IMG/VR virus record: IMGVR_UViG_3300037455_000250
Coordinates: 8,968 to 72,967 of that record
DNA length: 64,000 bases
Reading direction: 5' to 3' (one strand)
Source: a virus
Taxonomy: Duplodnaviria > Caudoviricetes
The position numbers and the translations under genes are program-made. The notes beneath the pieces were generated by a model that saw only the letters and a program-made list of their open reading frames with translations, ran no database searches and was not told the origin of the DNA. Of the stretch, positions 35,536-43,685 are shown piece by piece (positions within the stretch are counted from its first letter, which is position 1; each line of letters starts with the position of its first letter).

Positions 35536-35823
35536 TTAATCGTCATACGCCCAACCGGGTTCTACCTGAACTTCATATCCTTCTAATGACGCTTTTGGTC
35601 CATAGCATACCCACATCATTCCAAAACTTGCTCTATCCATTCCTCGTTCTATATAGTAATCTTCAATCCGATTAAATATTTCCTTTCCCACTTCAATCTT
35701 GGTGCAATCATAATGGTCAAATGATTTTCCTTCAATAGCGTCTGCCATCATCTCATAGAGGTCAACAATCCCACATTTTGCTAATTCGGGGTTCATAATC
35801 CAAGTTTCTTTTGTCTTTTCCAT
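35536..35823 (-). CDS. hypothetical early protein
   Basis: GAGG RBS before MEKTKETW. Confidence 0.7.
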   Translation of the reverse strand: MEKTKETWIMNPELAKCGIVDLYEMMADAIEGKSFDHYDCTKIEVGKEIFNRIEDYYIERGMDRASFGMMWVCYGPKASLEGYEVQVEPGWAYDD

Positions 35824-35833
35824 AATATTTTCC

Positions 35834-36121
35834 TCACAGTTCATATTCAATTTCCTCTATTCTTACATTGTCATAGCACGGAATACTGATAACTCCGTCC
35901 TCGTTCTTCTTGGTCAGGTGTTCTTTTATATACTTCTTTGCCTCAGCCTCAGTTTCAAACCATTTCAGGTCCAGATGACTTTCTGTAAGTGAGGACTTAA
36001 ATACATATATCTTGTATTTATTCCTCATTGTGTAGAGATATTTAGGTTCTCTACCAATTCCATCTTTCTTTGTTTCGTCATATACAAAGTAATCTACCTT
36101 GATAACATAGTATTTTGCCAT
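35834..36121 (-). CDS. hypothetical early protein
   Basis: coupled ORF. Confidence 0.7.
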   Translation of the reverse strand: MAKYYVIKVDYFVYDETKKDGIGREPKYLYTMRNKYKIYVFKSSLTESHLDLKWFETEAEAKKYIKEHLTKKNEDGVISIPCYDNVRIEEIEYEL

Positions 36122-36357
36122 TATTCTTCACCTTCTTCCTCAACAATATTTGCAACAAGAACTCCGGTCTCACCTACAATAGCTCTGACTTCATCACACG
36201 CGGCAAATTTAGCGTCCAGTAACGCTTTTGCTCTCTTTTCCACATCACTCTCAGGAATTTCCGCAATTTCAATTTCAGGATAAAATGTTCCGAAAGGCTC
36301 TCTTCCCTTCTTTCTATCCGTTGTTGTCTTGTAATACTTAACCTCAAACTTTGCCAT
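36121..36357 (-). CDS. hypothetical early protein
   Basis: AAGGAG RBS before MAKFEV. Confidence 0.7.
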   Translation of the reverse strand: MAKFEVKYYKTTTDRKKGREPFGTFYPEIEIAEIPESDVEKRAKALLDAKFAACDEVRAIVGETGVLVANIVEEEGEE

Positions 36358-36408
36358 AATTCTTTCTCCTTTCATTATTGGCTTGCGTTTTCGCTTTTCG
36401 CTACACTA

Positions 36409-36465
36409 ATTATAGACAGGTAATTATTACTAAATCATCAATACCTTGTGAATATTTTGTAAACA
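36409..36465 (-). promoter_or_regulatory. repeated early promoter module, copy 3
   Basis: plus-strand TGTGAATA and TGTAAACA 11 bp apart; same spacing to TATAAT as copy 2. Confidence 0.7.
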
Positions 36466-36508
36466 AACTATGACGGTTGTAGACACACTATCATATAGAT
36501 ATGGTAGT

Positions 36509-36856
36509 TTATTTATATTCGTCAAGGACAACCTCTTCCCATAACCGCACATTCTCACAGTATTCATCTACTTCCAAAAAATACGGTTTATAATACTCGG
36601 TATAATCATAACTTCCTATTACAATTAACTTTCCTTCTTCGTCCTCAATCATTATCGGATAATTTAATTGGTAGAACTGTCCGAGTGCATACAGTTTTCC
36701 CTTATGCCTAAAGTAAATTAAATCGCCACAGGGCTCGGCATAATCGAATAGTTGATGGCGTTTGGTAACATACGTGCAGTTTATCTTTATCCATCGGCTT
36801 GCTTTGATGTACCCATATTTAGGATTAGGTTCTTTCGGAATATAAATTTTAGCCAT
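36509..36856 (-). CDS. hypothetical early protein
   Basis: AAGGAG RBS before MAKIYIP. Confidence 0.7.
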   Translation of the reverse strand: MAKIYIPKEPNPKYGYIKASRWIKINCTYVTKRHQLFDYAEPCGDLIYFRHKGKLYALGQFYQLNYPIMIEDEEGKLIVIGSYDYTEYYKPYFLEVDEYCENVRLWEEVVLDEYK

Positions 36857-37134
36857 GATGCTTTCTCCTTTCTGTTGCAGGGCTTGTTGTATTGTCTCCT
36901 CTAAAGTTAGGTCCAAATACGCGGTGACGCGGAAATTCTTTTTCATCTATTTCCCGTATATCTCCTTTTACTTTAACCCACGGGTTTACTTCCCCGAGTG
37001 TAAACTCTCTTGCCAAGGTTTTATTCGGGGCTTCCACATAATACCACTTTTTTCCCCAATTCGGGTCATAAATTGGCACGGCAAAACATTTCCACTGTGA
37101 ATATGGAATACTCCAATACTTCTTCAACAACTCT

Positions 37135-37368
37135 TTACTTGGCATACAGGTCAATCTCCTTTTCCAATCGAATTTCAACCAATTCATCTTTCTTGTGGTC
37201 ATATCGGGTGAAAATCATCCTTCCCGGCTCACTCTCCGTTGCCTCATATTCATAGCCTATGGCTTTAATTGTGCTGATGGCATACTGCAATTTACTGTCC
37301 TCAAATTCTGTTTGGTTCAGAACTTTAGGATATAGTCCAGATAATTTCCAAGTCGTGCAACTCCACAT
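37135..37368 (-). CDS. hypothetical early protein
   Basis: AAGGAG RBS before MWSCTT. Confidence 0.65.
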   Translation of the reverse strand: MWSCTTWKLSGLYPKVLNQTEFEDSKLQYAISTIKAIGYEYEATESEPGRMIFTRYDHKKDELVEIRLEKEIDLYAK

Positions 37369-37400
37369 ATTATTCTCCTTTCTTTTATGACGGTTGTAGA

Positions 37401-37607
37401 TTAGAACGGTAATAGAAGTTCTCCAATCTCTCTTCCAAGAATGTCCATTCTGTATAATGGGTCGTGTCCTTTTGCTTGTCGTACTGTTATGCGGTGCGGG
37501 CACGTACTATCCTCGTGACGAGCATACCAATAATTTTTTCCGTTAATCGTCTTTTTGTAAATTAGATAGTGGTCACGGTACTCAATAAATTTCATATCCT
37601 CGTTCAT
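37401..37607 (-). CDS. hypothetical early protein
   Basis: GAAGGTGAG RBS before MNEDMK. Confidence 0.6.
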   Translation of the reverse strand: MNEDMKFIEYRDHYLIYKKTINGKNYWYARHEDSTCPHRITVRQAKGHDPLYRMDILGREIGELLLPF

Positions 37608-37623
37608 AATCTCACCTTCTCTC

Positions 37624-37953
37624 TTACAGGAAAAAGTCATTTTGGAAATAACTGTCTGCCATATCGTGGGCGTATTCCTCTGGGTCAGTATCAATCTCAT
37701 CTTCGTGCGCCAACGCCCACTCATATTCCTCGTTATAAATTCTTTCCCATTCGTCGGCTATCTGTTCTCCGTACGATTTAACATCCTCACGGTAAACACA
37801 TCTTGCCTCAGGATAGTTTAATCGTATCTCGTTAATCCGCATTTCCACAAAACTATCAAGATGTTCACCCATAGCCTCAACCGCTTTAGCCTCGATAGTA
37901 TCCGCAATAACTTCCGAGCCACATTCGTCTATCAAAACAATCTGTACCTTCAT
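37624..37953 (-). CDS. acidic hypothetical early protein
   Basis: GAGG RBS before MKVQIV. Confidence 0.7.
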   Translation of the reverse strand: MKVQIVLIDECGSEVIADTIEAKAVEAMGEHLDSFVEMRINEIRLNYPEARCVYREDVKSYGEQIADEWERIYNEEYEWALAHEDEIDTDPEEYAHDMADSYFQNDFFL

Positions 37954-38127
37954 ATTATTCTTCCTCGCTTTCACATATAATTTCCACAATTTCTATTCCA
38001 TCGTAGAGTAGGGAGAATGTCTCCCGCACATCATCTTCATCATATCCATCAATAAGGGTTTGACCTAACAGTTCAGGATGGGCGTAATCCGTGTGTATCA
38101 CGGTGTAAAGTTTCTTAATTCCCATAT

Positions 38128-38358
38128 TCATTCCTCCTCATTGTTATAGCAGATAACCATACGACCATCCGCAAGTGTGTATAAGTCAGTGACTTCCTCT
38201 TCCTGAATTTCATCAAACAGGTCTGTCATTTTGAAGTCGCTAACCTCTCCCTCAAACCTCTCTCCAGAGTCCTCATCATTAATAAAGGCGTCATTCTGGA
38301 CAATGATATTAAAATTCATATTGTCCATCCTGTATAACAAATCATAAATAGTCCACAT
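38128..38358 (-). CDS. acidic hypothetical early protein
   Basis: GAAAGTGAGG RBS before MWTIY. Confidence 0.7.
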   Translation of the reverse strand: MWTIYDLLYRMDNMNFNIIVQNDAFINDEDSGERFEGEVSDFKMTDLFDEIQEEEVTDLYTLADGRMVICYNNEEE

Positions 38359-38419
38359 ATTGTTCTTCCTCACTTTCTCCCCGTATAGTCGATAGGACAA
38401 CTCTTTGACGGTTGTAGAT

Positions 38420-38761
38420 TTATTCGAGTGTTACTCCTAACTTGTCGGCTAATCTATCTAATTTGATGTTCATTCGGTCGGTAAAGTCGGTTATCTCTTG
38501 TATCATATAGGCTACTGCCTCTTCTTCTTCGTGACAAGCGTGGATAAACGCATCTTCGGGGCACTGGAAGTAGTGACCTTGTCCCCAATACATCAGTCGG
38601 TCTGTGTTTTCATCACTGTTATCAGGACGTCGCTCTCCCTTAACTCCTTTTATTCGAGGTGACCAACACGCTATCCATTGATAATCACCATTTCTTTCCC
38701 ATCTCACTACTGCATAATCGGATAAAGGAAATACCTTAAGAACTTTAACTGTCTGTGCCAT
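38420..38761 (-). CDS. hypothetical early protein
   Basis: GAGGAGG RBS. Confidence 0.7.
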   Translation of the reverse strand: MAQTVKVLKVFPLSDYAVVRWERNGDYQWIACWSPRIKGVKGERRPDNSDENTDRLMYWGQGHYFQCPEDAFIHACHEEEEAVAYMIQEITDFTDRMNIKLDRLADKLGVTLE

Positions 38762-38762
38762 A

Positions 38763-38861
38763 TTATTCCTCCTCTCTGTTGTCCCAGATAAACGCTAACT
38801 GGACGGCTTTAATTATCACAAGAATAATTCCTACAAACCAAGCGATAACTTCAGGCTGCAT
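38763..38861 (-). CDS. small membrane peptide (32 aa)
   Basis: MQPEVIAWFVGIILVIIKAVQLAFIWDNREEE; AGGAGG RBS. Confidence 0.6.
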   Translation of the reverse strand: MQPEVIAWFVGIILVIIKAVQLAFIWDNREEE

Positions 38862-38876
38862 TGTTTGGTTCCTCCT

Positions 38877-39083
38877 TTAAAGTAAAATATCATCAAGGTA
38901 ATCAGGTTCAAGGTCATATCCTGCAAGGATATCTTCTATCTCCTCACTGCCTTCAAGGATATCTTCTAAGTCCATTGTTGCGAGTACTCCATTAATTTCT
39001 GATTTAAGGATACGGTATTCGTCCTTTGCAACCTCTTCACTCATCCCATCTCTTTCCATAAAAATCTTGATAATTCTGTTCAT
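38877..39083 (-). CDS. acidic hypothetical early protein
   Basis: IFMERDGMS...DYLDDIL. Confidence 0.7.
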   Translation of the reverse strand: MNRIIKIFMERDGMSEEVAKDEYRILKSEINGVLATMDLEDILEGSEEIEDILAGYDLEPDYLDDILL

Positions 39084-39124
39084 ACTGTTCTCCTTTCCTT
39101 TTTGAACTTTGTAGATTTGTTGTT

Positions 39125-39346
39125 TTATGCCTCTGAAAGTATTTCTCCATCAAGAGTTGCTATGGTTCTAAGTCCCGTTCCTTGATACGCAAACGGCATT
39201 CCAACAATCTCCTCAACTGCTTTCCCAGCGGCTAACCATCTGTTGTGTTCCTCTTCTGACTTCGGGCAGAGATATAAATCCTGATATACTTTCTCAGGTA
39301 TCTCAATTATTTCTTCCTTGCAAATAGTGACTTTAACCTGTATCAT
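39125..39346 (-). CDS. hypothetical early protein
   Basis: GAAAGTGAGG RBS. Confidence 0.65.
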   Translation of the reverse strand: MIQVKVTICKEEIIEIPEKVYQDLYLCPKSEEEHNRWLAAGKAVEEIVGMPFAYQGTGLRTIATLDGEILSEA

Positions 39347-39350
39347 ATTC

Positions 39351-39560
39351 TTACCTCACTTTCGTAATAATTCCATCTTCGAGTGTTACACTTGCGTACC
39401 ATCTATGCGGTTCGGGGTAGTGCGGTCCCTCCACACAAACTGTTCCATTACTCGGCTCGTTCCCACCGAACGGTCCTGGCTGATAAACTCTCACCTTCTG
39501 TCCATTGGCAACGGCCTCCTTGAGTGCTTTCTTGGTCTTGAAGTTGATTGTGGTATACAT
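39351..39560 (-). CDS. conserved small phage protein
   Basis: NFKTKKALKEAV...EGPHYPEPHRWYA. Confidence 0.75.
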   Translation of the reverse strand: MYTTINFKTKKALKEAVANGQKVRVYQPGPFGGNEPSNGTVCVEGPHYPEPHRWYASVTLEDGIITKVR

Positions 39561-39776
39561 ATTCAGTCCTCCTTCTTAAATCTCTTCGTTAGCAAGTATT
39601 TCCTTATAGGTCATAATAAGCACTTCGTCAGTGCAGGCTCTAATCCAATCCTCACTCCAACCTCTCTTACGCAACTCCTGTCTGATACATTCCATCACCA
39701 GCATATTAATTCTCCTTTCTTTCAAACCAAATTTCTTCCATTACGTTCTCAAAATCTTCTAACATCGGGTATCACC

Positions 39777-40022
39777 TCACTCTCTTTCTTCAACCGGCAG
39801 GTATTCCATTGTTATTTTTCTGGTTTTCTGTAAATCTTCTACGTCTCCGTAGGCATAAATTCTATCCACTTTGTACTGTCCATCTGGGTTAAGGATGTTG
39901 TAAACCCTCATCACGTTGGGCAATTCTTCTGGTGTGGTATCTAATTTCAAGATTTCCGCAGTCGCAAGGTTGATAACCTCGATTGTCATCCTTACGGTCT
40001 TAACTCTACCGAACATTGTCAT
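39777..40022 (-). CDS. hypothetical early protein
   Basis: AAGGAG RBS. Confidence 0.65.
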   Translation of the reverse strand: MTMFGRVKTVRMTIEVINLATAEILKLDTTPEELPNVMRVYNILNPDGQYKVDRIYAYGDVEDLQKTRKITMEYLPVEERE

Positions 40023-40106
40023 ATTCTTTCTCCTTTCACTTGACTGGTGTAGATTTAGTTTTTATTCAATCAAGCACACAGACTATTCGCACGGAAGGGT
40101 ATCTAT

Positions 40107-40301
40107 TTAGAACTCGTTGGGATCGGTGTCGTATTCCCAATCATATGTTCCGTGATAGCGGTTCTGCTCTTCAAGGAACTCCAATCTTTCTTCTTCTTCA
40201 ATGTGGTTGTAGGCGTCTTCAATGTCGATAGCGGATAGCGGACAACGCATTTCATCTAATCTTCTTTGGCACTCTGCCAGAACTTTCTCAATTTTTGTCA
40301 T
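40107..40301 (-). CDS. hypothetical early protein
   Basis: GGAGG RBS. Confidence 0.65.
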   Translation of the reverse strand: MTKIEKVLAECQRRLDEMRCPLSAIDIEDAYNHIEEEERLEFLEEQNRYHGTYDWEYDTDPNEF

Positions 40302-40438
40302 AGGTCACTTTCCTCCGAATGTATGTATCGTGTTAAACCAGCGGACAAATTCTGCCCCGTATAATTCTCTGCAAATTCTAAAACCGAACTTTTCGTACTG
40401 GCTTGCGTAGTATTTAGCCATATCTTTAGTCCTCCTTA

Positions 40439-40627
40439 TTAGTAATTAAGTGATAGGATTGCTCTCATATAGTCTTCCGCACAGTGGATTCCCATATCCA
40501 AATCAAATCTTCCTTCGGCTTTGTACTTTTCATATTCTTGTGTCATTTCTTGATAACCCTCATCGGTTATGATTGCGGTACAGGATGCGCCCTGTCTATA
40601 AGAATAATATTTAATCTTGTGGTCCAT
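40439..40627 (-). CDS. hypothetical early protein
   Basis: AAGGGGG RBS. Confidence 0.65.
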   Translation of the reverse strand: MDHKIKYYSYRQGASCTAIITDEGYQEMTQEYEKYKAEGRFDLDMGIHCAEDYMRAILSLNY

Positions 40628-40679
40628 TTTAATTTCCCCCTTTCTTAGGTGCGAATAATCTGTATTCTTGATTGACTTC

Positions 40680-41293
40680 AGGCGTGTTTTGCGGACACTT
40701 ACTAATGCGTGTTATTTATTTATGCTATGAACTCTGTAGATGCGAGTTCGTTTCGGCTTGTGTTATGCGGGAGCATTTTCTTTTGTAATCTGACGGAAGA
40801 CGATTTCGGGCTTGTCTTTCTTCTTGGGAGCGGCTGCAGGTTTCTTGCTTTCGGCTTTCTTATCTGCGGGCTTCTTTTCGGCGGGTTTCTTCTTGTCAGG
40901 ACGTTCCTTGACTGTGGCAAACTGGACATCTTTCAGGTTGTCTTTCAGGAACTTCTTGATAGCGTCAACTGCGGTCTCTTTTTCGCCAACTTTGATAAGT
41001 TTCATATACTCGTAATCGTCGGGATTCTTCTCGAGGTCGGGCTTTAACTTCACGCCCTCAAGGTTCTTAAAAGTGTCATTCCAGTTTTTGTGCAGGTAAA
41101 CGTGTGCTGTGGACGAATTTGCCTTCTTATATGCGAAAACAATTTGCTTGTCCTCAGTATAGAAACGGAATGTGGTGTTCTGTGCAAAAATCTTAATTTT
41201 CATGGTAAGTTCCTCCTTATGAACTAAAATATTATTGTGTTTGGGTGGGTGCATAAATAATACACGCATAGTAAGTATCTCCAAAACACGCCT
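40680..41293. repeat. about 45-bp imperfect inverted repeat pair (40680-40725 / 41251-41293)
   Basis: AGGCGTGTTTTG..ACTTACTA(A)TGCGTGT..TTTATGC in opposite orientations; brackets gene 40763-41203. Confidence 0.85.
40763..41203 (-). CDS. first early gene: Lys-rich protein with histone-H1-like PAEKK tail
   Basis: AAGGAGG RBS before MKIKIF; KKPAEKKPADKKAESKKPAAAPKKK. Confidence 0.75.
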   Translation of the reverse strand: MKIKIFAQNTTFRFYTEDKQIVFAYKKANSSTAHVYLHKNWNDTFKNLEGVKLKPDLEKNPDDYEYMKLIKVGEKETAVDAIKKFLKDNLKDVQFATVKERPDKKKPAEKKPADKKAESKKPAAAPKKKDKPEIVFRQITKENAPA

Positions 41294-41563
41294 GTTTTTG
41301 CGGTAGAAGAACCGGACGCCATCTCGTTTTACGCGATACTCTCGTATCTCCCATTCAGAGCCTCTCCTGGTTGAGGGTTATATGCTATTTTCTTCTGGAC
41401 TTTATTGGGGGTGCGAGCCCTACTGAGGTGCCATACTAAGATAGTCAGTTACTCCGAGCGACGTATATTCAGTTGTACTTTTTATTATTCTTATCTTCTT
41501 GCTTACATCACTTCTTTCTGTATCTGTATTTCAATCTTGCTTTTGTGCTTGATTGATGGCTTC

Positions 41564-41607
41564 AGTCTAACACTGCAAAAATTACGTTTCTGTTAATAAA
41601 ATATGAA
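41564..41607 (-). promoter_or_regulatory. leftward early promoter (TTCATA-5-TTAACA-21-TAGACT)
   Basis: same phased-box layout as 10067, 26622 and 41864. Confidence 0.5.
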
Positions 41608-42030
41608 TTTTTAACGTTTAACGATAAATTTTCACGATTTTTGTTAATCATTTATGAACAAAAAATTAAGTCAAGAATTTTTTAACAATTTTCTTTGACA
41701 TTTATTGTTTCCCAATAAAAATTTGTTGTTTTACGATATGAATATTTATGCAATTTGATTTATAATATTGTATTCTTTTATGCAATGTTTTATCGTTTTT
41801 CGATAAATAAATGAATATTCACTGTATAATGTCAAATAAAATTTATATGTAAATTTTTTGTAAACTTTATCAGACTAAAGAAAATATTAACAAACTGTTA
41901 AAATCAATCTCTTTTGTGTAAACGAATATGAATTATTTGTGTCATATATTATGGAATTGTAAAAAGTATCAACCACCGTGTTTTTATATCATGTTTTTGT
42001 TGTGCTATTTGTCAAGTATATTTACTTTAC
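41580..42030. other. very AT-rich non-coding block between the divergent early and late regions
   Basis: no ORF; A/T tracts; several TGTAAA/TGTTAA boxes. Confidence 0.7.
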
Positions 42031-42212
42031 AGGGCTAATTCGAGTACCAAGCGGGATCTCCTTTGCTCCAGACCGTTTCTTATATTAGCATAGTCTGGCC
42101 CTCTCCTACGCGAGGGACACGCAGCCAGAGCGTTCCAGCCCTATATTGACACGTGAGCAAAACAGAAAACAGATGGCGGGGTGGCGTGGCTGAGCTACGG
42201 AGAATTACACGT

Positions 42213-42400
42213 GGACTGTTGTAGATAAAGTATGCGATAACGCTGGATATACGTAACCATACATAAAAGTAAGCTGAATGACCTGCTGGATAAACGGAAT
42301 GAGGACGTGTTTCTGGACGCGTCCTAGGACAGGAAAAACAAAAATAAAATAGATTTTCAAAGTGGTTGTCTGATTTATGTGGGACTGTTGTAGATAAAGT
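42213..42400 (+). repeat. 19-bp direct repeat GGACTGTTGTAGATAAAGT (42213-42231, 42382-42400)
   Basis: exact copies 169 bp apart, just upstream of the late promoter. Confidence 0.8.
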
Positions 42401-42410
42401 GTTCAAAGTA

Positions 42411-42439
42411 TTGACTTATATATAGGCAGATGTTATTTT
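42411..42439 (+). promoter_or_regulatory. promoter of the packaging/structural operon
   Basis: TTGACT-17-TATTTT with extended TG. Confidence 0.6.
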
Positions 42440-42573
42440 AAGTGTATAAACAAGATATTCATTGTATCGGGGGTCTCTGAAATGGTCCTGAGGACGAGTA
42501 AGAACGACGGGTGATTAACAGTTTATCTTATTTATATTAGAAAGACAGACAATTAAATATGCGAGGTGTATGT

Positions 42574-42828
42574 ATGGATAATCAAACACTGGCAAGTGAA
42601 ATGCTACACGAACTTAAGGCAAGTAACCGAAGGTGGTTTATAGCGTTTATAGTCGTTTTGGTATTATGGTTTGCTACTATAGGTATCTTTATTTGGTATG
42701 TGTCTTTGCCGATTGATGAATATACGGTAGACCAATATGCTGATGGAGATACTAACACTATGATAGGTGTAGGTGACTTAAATGGCTACGCGACAAAGAG
42801 TGACACGCAGACGGAGAGCATCCCGTAG
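42574..42828 (+). CDS. small membrane protein
   Basis: GAGGTG RBS; TM segment RWFIAFIVVLVLWFATIGIFIWYV. Confidence 0.75.
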   Translation: MDNQTLASEMLHELKASNRRWFIAFIVVLVLWFATIGIFIWYVSLPIDEYTVDQYADGDTNTMIGVGDLNGYATKSDTQTESIP

Positions 42829-42844
42829 TCGTAGGAGAAGATAA
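42782..42844 (+). CDS. 20-aa arginine-rich peptide
   Basis: MATRQRVTRRRRASRSRRRR; AGGTGA RBS; stop is 2 nt before the next ATG. Confidence 0.6.
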   Translation: MATRQRVTRRRRASRSRRRR

Positions 42845-42846
42845 TT

Positions 42847-43167
42847 ATGGGTGCGGGCGCTCAAACTAAAACTATAAAAACTTTGCAGAGGGCTCTCCAG
42901 CACGAAGGAGAGTTTATTTTAATCAATACCTCACAGTTTTATAGTATTGATAAACATAAAACAGTTACCCGCTATCATATTAAAAAACAAGTTCAATCAT
43001 TAGATAGTAAGAATAAATCTACTATGGTTGAACTCTTTTCATCTTGTTCCCAAATTCAGATAACCCTGTTTTTAAGAGATTATTATTTTGAGATTACAGG
43101 ACAAGAGATACCTCACGATAATCCTTATTGGGAGCAGGTTAAAGCAGAATATTTTAAGGAGCACTGA
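42847..43167 (+). CDS. hypothetical protein
   Basis: AGGAG RBS. Confidence 0.7.
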   Translation: MGAGAQTKTIKTLQRALQHEGEFILINTSQFYSIDKHKTVTRYHIKKQVQSLDSKNKSTMVELFSSCSQIQITLFLRDYYFEITGQEIPHDNPYWEQVKAEYFKEH

Positions 43168-43169
43168 AT

Positions 43170-43685
43170 ATGGCACGAGGAAAAAGTGAAGGCAACGCAA
43201 AAGGACAAGAGTATAAAATGTCTGTCCGTGAACAGAAATTCGTATTGTTTTATCTGGAACACGGTGACGCTACCAAAGCAGTAGTTGACGCCAAATTTAA
43301 TACTAACGCTCCTAAACAATATGGTAAGAAACTTCTGGCAAAGCCGAAGATACAAAGAGAGATTGCCAAACAGTGGGAACTGTTTCAAAATGAACGAATT
43401 GCAGGCTCACAAGAAATTATGGGCTTTTATACTGCCGTTATGAGAGGTCAAGTTAAAGACCAATTCGGATTAGAGGCAACTCTCGCAGATAGATTAAAGG
43501 CAACTGACTCCCTTGCTAAAAGACAGATTGACGCCCAGACACTGGCGCAAAAGGGAATTGATAATCAAGTTACGATTAAACTTTGTTGGGATAGAGATAA
43601 TACAGTTCAAGAGCCCGATATACCTGTAATTGATGATGATTACATAGATGATATTCCTGAAGAGGGCGAAGATGGCAACGAGTAA
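43170..43685 (+). CDS. terS: terminase small subunit
   Basis: REQKFVLFYL..GDATKAV...LLAKPKIQREI...EIMGFYTAVMRG...DRLKATDSLAKR. Confidence 0.9.
   Translation: MARGKSEGNAKGQEYKMSVREQKFVLFYLEHGDATKAVVDAKFNTNAPKQYGKKLLAKPKIQREIAKQWELFQNERIAGSQEIMGFYTAVMRGQVKDQFGLEATLADRLKATDSLAKRQIDAQTLAQKGIDNQVTIKLCWDRDNTVQEPDIPVIDDDYIDDIPEEGEDGNE

Larger units (their letters stand above)
40066..40675. repeat. 27-bp inverted repeat pair (40066-40092 / 40649-40675)
   Basis: 24/27 identity; brackets the small genes at 40107-40627. Confidence 0.85.

Noticed and set aside
42213-42400. Cas12a-type CRISPR repeat or RNA anti-CRISPR (ends in ACTGTTGTAGAT)
   Set aside because: Only two copies, 169 bp apart; the 5' arm is GGAC rather than TCTAC, so the crRNA stem cannot form; no cas genes
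42080-42406. 108-aa minus-strand ORF
   Set aside because: No RBS, atypical composition, overlaps the repeat/hairpin block
42480-42520. Hammerhead ribozyme (CTGAGGA)
   Set aside because: No GAAA after a stem II and no supporting stems I/III
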